A stretch of 25,685 nt of DNA from an archaeon. GTDB taxonomy: Archaea > EX4484-52 > B79-G9. Location: contig JBDRKP010000070.1 in NCBI GenBank assembly GCA_043813875.1, forward strand, positions 1-25,685, in the 5' to 3' direction. Under the pieces are notes generated by a model. The model did no database searches and had not been told where the DNA came from. It saw only the letters and a program-made list of their open reading frames with translations. The position numbers and the translations under genes are program-made. Below, piece after piece: positions 1 through 8,757 of the stretch (positions are counted from its first letter, which is position 1; each line of letters begins with the position of its first letter).

Positions 1-1088
1 TTCTGCCATTCCTGGTTCATTACGCTTCTTGAGAATTCGGATATGTCTTCGAGGTTGAGCAGGTTCCCGTTGTCGATCATCTTTATCGATTCGAGGGTCT
101 TTTTGGGGGTGATGTCTATTATCAGCGTGTCTTTCGGCAGAACAAGCTTCTTTTCAATGTCCTGCTCTATCTGTTGAAGAGCGTTGCTTTTTATTGATAC
201 GCATTTTGATATCTGGTCTTTGGTGAGGTCATTTACTGTTAGGGATGAGCCCAGCTTGTGCAGTTTCCGGTTGTCCAGGCATGATGCCAGATGCGAGTGG
301 TTTTTGCGCAGACTTGAGATTAAGTCGATGTCGTCCATCCGGATGTAATCTTCCGGGTCTATCGAGCCGTCGGCGAATGATCTTGTGACTGCGCGGCCGA
401 ACATGGCTGTCGCGATCTTTATTGTGCGATGCAAGTAGACGGTGGAGTACATCATGAAGCGGCTGATGATGACCGCCTCTATGTTCCTTAGGCCTTTCAT
501 CCTGAATGCAAGCGTCTTCTTGAAGCCGCTCGTGTAGAGGAGGCGCGAGAGGTCGATGAGGCCGTAGGCTGTGCCGGTGAAGTATGCGTCGCGTACGAGG
601 TAGTCCATCTTGTCTACGTCTATGCCTGATGAGAATATGCTGCCGTACCTGCCCTTGCCGTTTATCGCATCAATTATGTTTTTCGGGTTCAGGCCTGCCC
701 GGGTTATCGCTTCGCTGTAGCATGTCTTTATGTGACTTGCGCTCTCTAAAACGTGGTCTGTGCCCAGCCGCTCTTTAAGGCAGTTTTCTATCTCGGGGTT
801 GTGGGAGAACGGGAAGTGACCTATGTCGTGCAGCAGGCCTGCCAGTCTTAATTCGGAGGTTGTCAATTCGTCGAACCCAAGGTTGTGTGATAATGAACCT
901 GCAAGGTGCATCGTGCCAAGCGAGTGTTCGAAACGGGAATGGGTGGCGCACGGATATACGAGGTATGCAAAGCCCATCTGGCGGATATGGCGGAGGCGCT
1001 GGACCAGAGGGGTGTCAATCAGACTGAGCTCGAAACCGGTGAGTTCTATGTCCTGGTGGATGGAGTCCTTGATTGTGTGCATTTTCAT
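1..1088 (-). CDS. HD-domain phosphohydrolase, SAMHD1/dNTP triphosphohydrolase-like (3' end outside window)
   Basis: Not in the ORF track. Manual translation from ATG at 1088 gives MKMHTIKDSIHQDIELTGFELSLIDTPLVQRLRHIRQMGFAYLVYPCATHSRFEHSLGTMHLAG...AGLLHDIGHFPFSH...IDVDKMDYLVRDAYFTG, with the H...HD...D motifs of the family. Confidence 0.9.
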   Translation of the reverse strand, partial: MKMHTIKDSIHQDIELTGFELSLIDTPLVQRLRHIRQMGFAYLVYPCATHSRFEHSLGTMHLAGSLSHNLGFDELTTSELRLAGLLHDIGHFPFSHNPEIENCLKERLGTDHVLESASHIKTCYSEAITRAGLNPKNIIDAINGKGRYGSIFSSGIDVDKMDYLVRDAYFTGTAYGLIDLSRLLYTSGFKKTLAFRMKGLRNIEAVIISRFMMYSTVYLHRTIKIATAMFGRAVTRSFADGSIDPEDYIRMDDIDLISSLRKNHSHLASCLDNRKLHKLGSSLTVNDLTKDQISKCVSIKSNALQQIEQDIEKKLVLPKDTLIIDITPKKTLESIKMIDNGNLLNLEDISEFSRSVMNQEWQ

Positions 1089-1111
1089 AAAGAATTATTT
1101 CTGCAGCAATA

Positions 1112-1119
1112 TTTATATA
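1112..1119. promoter_or_regulatory. TATA box in the divergent HD / secreted-protein intergenic region
   Basis: TTTATATA centred about 27 bp upstream of the HD gene ATG on the minus strand, consistent with a leaderless transcript. Confidence 0.5.
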
Positions 1120-1177
1120 GTATGAATGTCTATGATTAATTGTTAAAATTATTTTTTAAAATCTGGGGGTTGTTGTT

Positions 1178-3439
1178 ATGAGATTAATTGAGAAATTGTC
1201 TGTTGTCTTTATGGTGATTATGCTTATTATGAGCTTCATGCCTATCGGTTTTGCCGAGACGGATGATGCCGCTGCTACAGGCATTGTCGCTAAAAGCACT
1301 AATACAGGGCCTGTAAGAACTGTCGGCGGCAGCGTTGGCGCTGATTCCAGAATCGCGAAATGCGTCAGTTTTGTCTCAGGCAACAACCTTGATGAAAGAC
1401 CGGCTGACACGTGCGCAAGGCTGCTTAACAAGGAACTGGATTGCGTCGGGTTCCTGAAGAGCAAGAATGTAGCTGAGCCGGTGGCCAAATGCGATGCATT
1501 CTTCAGGACCACTGCAGTCGTGGCAAAAAAAGTGGCTGTCGCCCAGAATACCGGTGTCGCGGTTGCTGATACGCGTATGAGGATCGCTGAACGCCTTTCA
1601 AGAGAACGCCCAGTTGCCAAAGCATTTGTTGAGAAACTTACGGATGATAAGGTAAAAGTATTTTCCGCTCTTCCAAGAGCAGAGCAGAATAAAATCATGG
1701 AGATGGATGAATCCGAGAGGATGAAGAAACTCGATAACTACAGGGTAAAGACTGTGAATAAGGATATGCTGTTCAAAAAGAGGGAGATTGCCAAGGACAA
1801 GCTTGATGACGCGAAAAGGAAGTATGAGATGGCAAAAAACGAGTATCAGAGAGTGAATAAGGCATATAACGAAAAGAAAAGAGAGTTCAATGAGGTCAAG
1901 GACAGACTGAAAGACTGCAAGGACCAGGATACAGAGGAGTGTAATGAGCTGAGGGAGCTTGCAAAGGAACATGCGAAAGAGTATATTATCAATGGCGCAC
2001 AGATGGCTATCGAGCATCTGAACAAGATCAAGAACAAGGTTGAGGCTGCGGATGGAATGGATGACGAGAGGGCCAATGAGATTATCGCGGATATCGATGA
2101 GACTAACGCCAAGCTTCTTGCTGCGATTGAGAAGGTAAAGGCTGCGGAGACGAAAGAAGAAGTGCAAGAGGGCGCAAAGGAAGTAGCCAAGGCATGGAAA
2201 CATATCAAAAATGCGGAGAAAGTGCATGCAGCAAGGGTTGTCCATTCAACGATGTGGAACATCATCAAGAAAAGCGAGCAGCTTGAGAAAAGGATGGAGA
2301 ATGCGCGCGACAGGATCGCTGATAATGGAATCGATGTTGCCGGTCTGGATGAGAAGATAACCTTGTTCAGTGAAAAGATAAATGATGCAAAGAATAAATT
2401 CAATGAGTCAGAGGAACTGCTCAGGGAAGCCGCGGAATTGAGAAAAGAGAATGCCACTAATGAAGATATTCGTGAAAAGGTGAGCGAGGCTAATGCAAAA
2501 CTGAGAGAGGCTCACAATGATATCAAAGAAGCTTACAAGATATTTGCGAGCATCATAAGGGATGTCAGTGCCCGCGGCGGGAAGATAACTGCCGTCGATG
2601 ATGAAACGGTGGTCATTGAGGAAGTGAATGACGACGATGCAGATGAAGTCGAAGAGGAAGAAGAAGCAGACGACGAAACAGATGCTGAAGAGATTCCGGT
2701 CGATTCATCAATCCAACTGAGCGGCATAGATAATGCTGAATGCTGGGCTGACAAACCTGCTTATACGCCTGGGGTTGATAAGGGATATTTCATATGGCAG
2801 GGTAAATGCGCTGATTTCTGGTGGGTAGACTGGAGCGGAGATACGAAGGATGACCTTCGCAAGCTTTTGAAGTGTGTCAGAGAGCGCAGGATCACGACGA
2901 TTACAAGCGATGATGCGGCAGCTGAAGATGTTGATGCGATTGATGATCTTGTGGCGACTGCTGAAGAGATTGTTGATGAAGCTGAATCTGAAACCGTTGA
3001 TGCTGATACGTTCTGCAGCGAGCTTACGCTTGAAGAGTTCAAGGAGCTGCGCAAGAATCTTCTTTATACTGTGAGCGGCACTATAAAAAGCAACGGCGTG
3101 ATATTTGATGCCGGGGTGAGAAGGTTTGACGGCAATGACAAGCTTAAGTTCAAAGATAATGAGATTGAATTCAAAGCGCGTGTCGGATCGCACTTTGACG
3201 GACTGTTCTTCAGGACAACCGGAGATAAGGTTGAGTTTGAACTGTCTTTTGACGGGGAAACAAGCCCTGATTTTGTGTATGTCGGGAAAGATAAAGCGAA
3301 CCCTGATACAAATCCGTTCACTCTTGAAGGGACTCCTGCTAAAAAAGCACGAGCATGCAGAAGCGGATATGTCGTGTATAACAAGAAATGCGTGAACAGA
3401 GTTCTTAACAGGGTTGTTAAGGCGGACGGGATTGAATAA
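1178..3439 (+). CDS. Large secreted protein: signal peptide, Cys repeats, long coiled coil, acidic linker, C-terminal beta-rich domain; possible surface protein
   Basis: 753-aa ORF with a hydrophobic N-terminus ending ...PIGFA-ET, a K/E-rich helical region (about aa 170-465), a D/E-rich linker, and a C-terminal domain with GYFIWQ...FDGLFF...VYVG...NPFTL. Confidence 0.75.
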   Translation: MRLIEKLSVVFMVIMLIMSFMPIGFAETDDAAATGIVAKSTNTGPVRTVGGSVGADSRIAKCVSFVSGNNLDERPADTCARLLNKELDCVGFLKSKNVAEPVAKCDAFFRTTAVVAKKVAVAQNTGVAVADTRMRIAERLSRERPVAKAFVEKLTDDKVKVFSALPRAEQNKIMEMDESERMKKLDNYRVKTVNKDMLFKKREIAKDKLDDAKRKYEMAKNEYQRVNKAYNEKKREFNEVKDRLKDCKDQDTEECNELRELAKEHAKEYIINGAQMAIEHLNKIKNKVEAADGMDDERANEIIADIDETNAKLLAAIEKVKAAETKEEVQEGAKEVAKAWKHIKNAEKVHAARVVHSTMWNIIKKSEQLEKRMENARDRIADNGIDVAGLDEKITLFSEKINDAKNKFNESEELLREAAELRKENATNEDIREKVSEANAKLREAHNDIKEAYKIFASIIRDVSARGGKITAVDDETVVIEEVNDDDADEVEEEEEADDETDAEEIPVDSSIQLSGIDNAECWADKPAYTPGVDKGYFIWQGKCADFWWVDWSGDTKDDLRKLLKCVRERRITTITSDDAAAEDVDAIDDLVATAEEIVDEAESETVDADTFCSELTLEEFKELRKNLLYTVSGTIKSNGVIFDAGVRRFDGNDKLKFKDNEIEFKARVGSHFDGLFFRTTGDKVEFELSFDGETSPDFVYVGKDKANPDTNPFTLEGTPAKKARACRSGYVVYNKKCVNRVLNRVVKADGIE

Positions 3440-3454
3440 ATGAGGTGATGCATT

Positions 3455-3730
3455 ATGAGAAAAATTACGATTGTTATCATGGTAGTGATGGTTGCGGTTC
3501 TTTTTGTTTCCGGGTGTGCGCAGAAACAAACGGAGAATGCGCCGGTATCGGATATAAATGAACCGACTGACGGAACTAAACCTGTTCAGCCGGAAGCTGC
3601 TGCTGGCGCAGGCGATACACTGGGCCAGGAAGTCTCAACCGAGATTACAAGTGTCGACAGCACGGATAAAGAACTACAGGATGATGATGTCGATAATCTG
3701 GATACTGAATTTGAGAATATTGACTGGTGA
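3455..3730 (+). CDS. Small acidic lipoprotein
   Basis: GAGGTGA SD upstream; basic N-terminus, hydrophobic core, lipobox VSGC and acidic tail; 15 bp downstream of the secreted protein gene. Confidence 0.8.
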   Translation: MRKITIVIMVVMVAVLFVSGCAQKQTENAPVSDINEPTDGTKPVQPEAAAGAGDTLGQEVSTEITSVDSTDKELQDDDVDNLDTEFENIDW

Positions 3731-3740
3731 TTTTGTTTTC

Positions 3741-3770
3741 AGGGCTTATAAGGCCCTTTTATCTTTCTTT
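3741..3770 (+). terminator. Putative terminator (short hairpin plus T-rich tract)
   Basis: AGGGCT-TATAA-GGCCCT (one G-T pair) followed by TTTATCTTTCTTT just after the lipoprotein stop. Confidence 0.4.
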
Positions 3771-3909
3771 GATTCTTCTGTTATTGTATTTAAGTCTACT
3801 TTTGTATCAAGAAAATGTTTGGCAACTTACTTATAACAATACTTTTATATAATTTGGATAGTTTAGTTTGATGTGCGACAATCAGAGCACAAATATTTAA
3901 GGGAATAAT

Positions 3910-6114
3910 ATGGGATACCAACTGATCATCACGGAGAAGCCTAGCGCTGCACGAAAAATCGCTGCGGCGCTTGCGGATGGCACTGTCAGGAATGAGAAGA
4001 AGCGCGGGATAGAGTATCATGAATTCAAGCGCAATGGAAAGGACATTGTTGTCGTGCCGGCTGTGGGTCATCTCTATGGCCTCCGCCAGATATCAAAGAA
4101 CTGGATATATCCTATATTTGATGTGGAGTGGGCGCCAACCAGTGATATCGATAAGAACGCATCTTATTCCAAGAAATATCTTGAGAACATAAAGACGCTC
4201 GCAAAGACTGCTGATGATTTCGTGGTCGCAACTGACCTTGATATCGAGGGGGAGACTATCGCTTATAATATCGTCAGGTTCGCATGCAAGCAAAAGGATG
4301 CGAAGAGGATGAAATTCTCGACGCTTACCAAGGGCGATCTTGTCAAGTCATATGAGAATGTGTCTCCTACGATCATACACGGCCTTGCGGATGCGGGTGT
4401 GACGAGGCATATGCTTGATTTCTACTGGGGTATCAATATCTCGCGGGCGCTGACTACGGCTGTCAAGGCCGCTGGGCAGTATAAGATACTGAGCGCCGGA
4501 AGAGTGCAGGGGCCTGCGCTTAATTTTCTTGCCAAAAGAGAGAAAGAGATACAGGCGTTCAAAGCGAAGCCTTTCTGGCAGATTGAGCTTGTCCCGAAAG
4601 ATCATGATTTCAGGGCGCGATACGAGGAAGAAAAGATATGGGAACAAGAGAAGGCAGAGAAGATCAAGAGAGAATGCGACGGGAAGGATGCAATTGTCGG
4701 GGACATCACCAAGAAAGAATATAAGCAGAATCCGCCGACGCCGTTCAACCTGACGGACCTGCAGATGGAAGCGCACAAACTGTTTAAAATGATTCCGAAG
4801 GAGACACAGGCGATTGCGCAGGAACTTTATCTTGCTGCGGCTATCAGCTACCCGAGAACCTCTTCGCAGAAACTGCCGAAAGAGATCGGGTACCAGCAGA
4901 TACTTGAGAAGCTCAAGCAGAACAAGGAGTATGAGAAATCTGCCGCGTTCCTTTTGGCCAAGAAGGAATTGAAGCCGAACGAGGGCAAAAAGACTGATGA
5001 TGCGCACCCTTCTATTTTTCCTACTGGGGAGAAGCCGACTGATCTTACGCCCAAGAAAAAGAAGATATATGATCTCATTGTCAAGAGATTCATGGCTGTT
5101 TTCGGGAAACCGGCTGTGAGAGAGACGAATACGGTGATACTCAATATAGATGATCACAAGTTCATCCTTGAAGGGAAGCGCACGATAACGCCGAACTGGT
5201 TCGAACTGTACGAGCCTTATGTCAAGCTTGAGGAAATCACGCTCCCGGAACTGAATAGCGGCGACGTATTGTCTGTTGCGGAGATTGCTCTTCTTTCAAA
5301 GGAAACGCAGCCGCCGGCAAGATATAATGAAGCGTCAATAATAAAGGAGCTTGAGAGGCGAAACCTCGGTACTAAGGCTACCCGCGCAACTATCATCGAG
5401 AATCTTTACAACAGGGGATACCTCCAGGAGAAAAGAATCGAGGTCACTGATCTTGGATTGAAAGTCATCGATACGCTTGAGAAGTTCTCGCCTGAACTGA
5501 TTGCAGAAAAGCTTACAAGGGATTTTGAAGCGGATATGGAGAAAATTGAGAAAAGCAAGCTTGAATCTGATGTCGTCCTTGATAAAGCTGAGAAAAACCT
5601 GAAAGAGATATTTGCCAACTTCAAGCAGCATGAAAAAGATATCGGGTCGTCACTTCTTGGAGCGATAAGGAGCACCCAGGACCAGATAAACCTGATCGGG
5701 AAATGCCCTAAATGCGAGAAAGGCAATCTGATAATTAAGATGGGCAAATTCGGAAGGTTTGTGGCATGTGACCAGTATCCTGAATGCAAGATAATCATTT
5801 CCATGCCTCAAAAGGGGATGATCAAGAGCGCAGGCAAGCTATGCCCTGACTGCAATTATCCGATGATCAGCATGATAAGAGCAAAAAAAAGACCGCAGGA
5901 ATTGTGCATGAATAAAAGCTGCAAGTCAAAACAGGTAGAGAGCAGCCCTCACGGAGAGAATAAAGATCATGGCAAGTGCCCTAAATGCGGAGCGCCGCTG
6001 GTCGAGCGCTCAAGCATATACGGTAAATTCCTCGGATGCAGCAAGTATCCTAAGTGCAAGACGATTGTCAACAATCAGAAAACAAAGGATGATGGGAAAA
6101 AAATTGACGGATGA
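3910..6114 (+). CDS. topA: DNA topoisomerase IA (archaeal TopA) with C-terminal Zn ribbons
   Basis: Toprim motifs IITEKP and DLDIEGE, SAGRVQ, catalytic Tyr in ISYPRT, LGTKATR, and C-terminal CPKC...C Zn ribbons. Confidence 0.97.
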   Translation: MGYQLIITEKPSAARKIAAALADGTVRNEKKRGIEYHEFKRNGKDIVVVPAVGHLYGLRQISKNWIYPIFDVEWAPTSDIDKNASYSKKYLENIKTLAKTADDFVVATDLDIEGETIAYNIVRFACKQKDAKRMKFSTLTKGDLVKSYENVSPTIIHGLADAGVTRHMLDFYWGINISRALTTAVKAAGQYKILSAGRVQGPALNFLAKREKEIQAFKAKPFWQIELVPKDHDFRARYEEEKIWEQEKAEKIKRECDGKDAIVGDITKKEYKQNPPTPFNLTDLQMEAHKLFKMIPKETQAIAQELYLAAAISYPRTSSQKLPKEIGYQQILEKLKQNKEYEKSAAFLLAKKELKPNEGKKTDDAHPSIFPTGEKPTDLTPKKKKIYDLIVKRFMAVFGKPAVRETNTVILNIDDHKFILEGKRTITPNWFELYEPYVKLEEITLPELNSGDVLSVAEIALLSKETQPPARYNEASIIKELERRNLGTKATRATIIENLYNRGYLQEKRIEVTDLGLKVIDTLEKFSPELIAEKLTRDFEADMEKIEKSKLESDVVLDKAEKNLKEIFANFKQHEKDIGSSLLGAIRSTQDQINLIGKCPKCEKGNLIIKMGKFGRFVACDQYPECKIIISMPQKGMIKSAGKLCPDCNYPMISMIRAKKRPQELCMNKSCKSKQVESSPHGENKDHGKCPKCGAPLVERSSIYGKFLGCSKYPKCKTIVNNQKTKDDGKKIDG

Positions 6115-6201
6115 AACCGTCTGTGACTTATCGTGCATACTTCTTCTTTTGGCATACGAGCACGGGTTGCTAATCCAGCAAATAATCAGTCAATGGTAAT
6201 G

Positions 6202-6891
6202 CTAGAATAATCTGAATTTCCTGCTTGTGTCGATGAGGCCATCGTCTCTTATCTCGAATTCTGCGGACTGGCCTTCGGGTCTTGAGCGGTGTTTCATCAG
6301 AGTCGCTTTCCTTCGGCCATTGCCTGTCTTTTCCAGGAATACGAGGCATTTTGAGAAATACTTCGGTATGTCGCGGCCTACAAGCTCTAGTTCGCCGGAG
6401 TCGAAATCCGAGTAGACCTGGTTGGTAACTATGACGGGTATCTTGTTTTCTCTTGCAAGCTTTGAGAGGAGTGCGAATTGCTTGCTTAATAGCCGGTTGG
6501 CTTCAGGTATTTTTTCCCTGTGAAGCTCAAGGCGATACAAGGCGACGATTGAGTCCACGATTATCAGGCCGATGTTTTGGTTGGCTTCAAGCTCTTTTTC
6601 CAGTTCGTTTATCATCCTTTCCTGTTCGGCGAATGTTTTGGGGTCTGAAAGTATGAGCTTTTCGAGGTCGTTTTTGCCGTGCATCTGGATGAAGCGCTCT
6701 ATGGAGAAGCCGCCTTCGGCGTCTATGTAGATTACGCTTTTTCCTGTCTTCAAGCAGGATACTGCGCTCTGGATGGCGATGTTTGTCTTGCCTGCGCCTG
6801 CGGTGCCGTAGAAATTCGTGATTATTCCGGATTCTATGCCGCCGCCGAGGAGATTGTCGAGGTTCTGGCAGCCTAGAGATATCTTGTCCAT
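6202..6891 (-). CDS. radB: DNA repair and recombination protein RadB
   Basis: LDNLLGGGIE, Walker A GTAGAGKT, Walker B IIVDS, VTNQVY, the RadB-specific KHR motif, and no RadA N-terminal domain. Confidence 0.93.
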   Translation of the reverse strand: MDKISLGCQNLDNLLGGGIESGIITNFYGTAGAGKTNIAIQSAVSCLKTGKSVIYIDAEGGFSIERFIQMHGKNDLEKLILSDPKTFAEQERMINELEKELEANQNIGLIIVDSIVALYRLELHREKIPEANRLLSKQFALLSKLARENKIPVIVTNQVYSDFDSGELELVGRDIPKYFSKCLVFLEKTGNGRRKATLMKHRSRPEGQSAEFEIRDDGLIDTSRKFRLF

Positions 6892-6923
6892 GAGGTATTA
6901 TTTATTTGATAATTTTTTATAGT

Positions 6924-7533
6924 AAACGCCATGACTATTGGGGCTTTGAGAAGTTTTTCCGTCAGGAAAAATTTGGATGAGCGATAGCGAATCTTAAAGC
7001 CCATTGATATATTCTCGGAACCAATATCATAACCGACAAGGAGCCGAAGGCGACGCAGAGTCCGATTTCGCATTCAGAGATAAATTTATAAAGATTTGTT
7101 ACTTACATGTGGTTATGATGTGGAAAAATTATGTTAGATAGATATGAACAAGAAGGAATTACATTTTATTTAGATGAAGAAGCAAAGTCGCTGGTGGAAA
7201 AATATGACCCCAAAGAGATACATTCTATGAGTGGAGTAACTGGAAATTTCGTCAAAGAATCACAATTAGCTATTTTTCCGCATGTTGCACAAATTTTCGG
7301 AAAACATTATGGTTTAACTAATGAAGGTTACAATAAAGCAATTGATTTGGTTAATTCGAATAAACGACAAATAACGTTTATTGCAAATGAAAAAGAATTG
7401 AATGATTTAACAGTCGATGGTTGGTTAAGAATCGTCGAACACGAAGATGAAAAAGTGTATTTCTCATCGGAAGAATTAGTTAAATCTGTTTGTCGCAAGT
7501 GAGCGAAACCGGATTGGATATAACATGGCGTTT
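6924..7533. mobile_element. Candidate inverted-repeat-bounded gene cassette carrying an orphan ORF
   Basis: Perfect 10-bp IR AAACGCCATG (6924-6933) / CATGGCGTTT (7524-7533). Inner IR TCCGATTTCGC (7061-7071) / GCGAAACCGGA (7503-7513, one mismatch). Hairpin clusters lie on both sides and the cargo is AT-rich. Confidence 0.4.
7131..7502 (+). CDS. Hypothetical protein (123 aa, AT-rich codon usage)
   Basis: ORF with protein-like composition and its own TATA box TTTATAAA at 7085-7092; no family recognised. Confidence 0.7.
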   Translation: MLDRYEQEGITFYLDEEAKSLVEKYDPKEIHSMSGVTGNFVKESQLAIFPHVAQIFGKHYGLTNEGYNKAIDLVNSNKRQITFIANEKELNDLTVDGWLRIVEHEDEKVYFSSEELVKSVCRK

Positions 7534-7657
7534 CCATATCCTTAAAAATCGTGATACGATTTTGGGATTTCGAAAATCCAGCGAATCTGTGATTCGCCCG
7601 GATAGATTGACATCTCTTGGTTTTTGGAATACTTTGTCCATTTATTAACGATGTCAA
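7516..7657. repeat. Tandem hairpin cluster
   Basis: GGATAT/ATATCC (7516-7541), AAAATCGT-GAT-ACGATTTT (7545-7563), GGATTT-CGA-AAATCC (7565-7579), GCGAATC-TGT-GATTCGC (7581-7597), TTGACATC/GATGTCAA (7607-7657). Confidence 0.75.
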
Positions 7658-7703
7658 CTATAAAACCACCAATTATTTAACGCTTGTCTTACATATTATT
7701 GTC

Positions 7704-8342
7704 ATGGAGCCCCCTAAAAGAGAGAAATATTCGTTTGCTACGGAGCTTATGAGGAAGATGATACATCTTAATGGCATATTTATTATCATAATGTATGAAC
7801 TTCTTGATAAGAGGATCACTCTGCTTGTATTGACTATCGCGCTTGTCATCGCTCTTGAGGCGGAATATTTCAGGATTGAGTGGGGTAAGAAGATACCGCT
7901 GTTTGATGTCCTGTTTCGGCAAAAGGAGAAGAAGGTTCTTGGAGGGTATGTGTTTCTTGCCATTTCCGCAATCATCGCGATCTCGGTCTTTTCGAAGGAA
8001 GTGGCGGCGCTCGCGATACTTATGATTGTAATTGGGGATGCTGCGGCGGCAATTTTTGGGCGAGCGTATGGAAAGCATTTCATCCCGGGACTGAAAAATA
8101 AGGCGTATGAAGGCGTGATTGCGGAATTTGTCGCTGATATGGCTGTCGGGATTTTATATCTCGCGCTGGTAATTGGCAATATCACGCCAATCTATTGGAT
8201 TGTCCTGATCATGATGGCTGCTGTCGGAACTACCATAGAGACGCTGACCAACAAGCTGGATGATAATCTGCTGGTGCCTGTGTTTTCCGGGATCGTCGGG
8301 GAAGCTGTATTGTTCTTGCTGCCGATGATAATGTATATGTAA
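7704..8342 (+). CDS. Polyprenol/dolichol/phytol kinase-like membrane protein (CTP-dependent kinase family)
   Basis: ELMRKMIHL, GDAAAAIFGRAYGKH, KAYEG and DDNLLVP motifs with multiple TM helices. ATG at 7704 is preferred over the upstream track start. Confidence 0.85.
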   Translation: MEPPKREKYSFATELMRKMIHLNGIFIIIMYELLDKRITLLVLTIALVIALEAEYFRIEWGKKIPLFDVLFRQKEKKVLGGYVFLAISAIIAISVFSKEVAALAILMIVIGDAAAAIFGRAYGKHFIPGLKNKAYEGVIAEFVADMAVGILYLALVIGNITPIYWIVLIMMAAVGTTIETLTNKLDDNLLVPVFSGIVGEAVLFLLPMIMYM

Positions 8343-8408
8343 TCTACATATTCTAAAAAAGAAAGAGGAGAATGGTTGGAGTCCATTCAATTGTAATGAT
8401 TCAATAAA

Positions 8409-8492
8409 TCAGTATTCGTCGTCTTCTTCATCATCCCTGTCATCATCGTCATAATCTTCTTCTTCAACTGCTTCATATTCATCTTCGGCCAT
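8409..8492 (-). CDS. 27-aa hyper-acidic peptide MAEDEYEAVEEEDYDDDDRDDEEDDEY
   Basis: Below the ORF-track cutoff; GGAGGTG SD 6 nt upstream of the ATG; 19 of 27 residues are D/E. Confidence 0.6.
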   Translation of the reverse strand: MAEDEYEAVEEEDYDDDDRDDEEDDEY

Positions 8493-8757
8493 TAATGCCA
8501 CCTCCAGCTAAAATGATATGATATAAGAATAAATCCAATCTTTGTGCTTATATCCTGTTATCTTTATCCCATAAACAATTACAAGCATTAGTATTAGTAT
8601 ATGTACGCAATAATGGAACTCAGAATTTAAATACTTAACTGTCTTTTTGGATATCGTGTGTTTCCAGAACAAATGTGCGCAACTATCAGCTAATTGTAGA
8701 ACTATGCTGGTCTTGATTGCGATATATTCAAATATGTATCATCTACGATAATCTATC

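Noticed and set aside
584..1139. Plus-strand ORFs 584-778, 823-1125 and 906-1139
   Set aside because: They are antisense shadows of the HD-domain gene.
1156..5804. Many minus-strand and alternate-frame ORFs over the secreted protein and topA
   Set aside because: They overlap well-supported genes, and their Ser/Phe/Leu-rich composition is what the reverse of K/E-rich codons produces.
7026..7119. ATCATAAC...GTTATGAT as an integron attC site
   Set aside because: The R-box-like ends pair, but no convincing L-box pairing, second attC or integrase is visible. It is kept only as part of the cassette finding.
7509..7603. Hairpin cluster as a tRNA cloverleaf
   Set aside because: The loops are 3 nt and there is no T-loop consensus or 7-bp acceptor stem.
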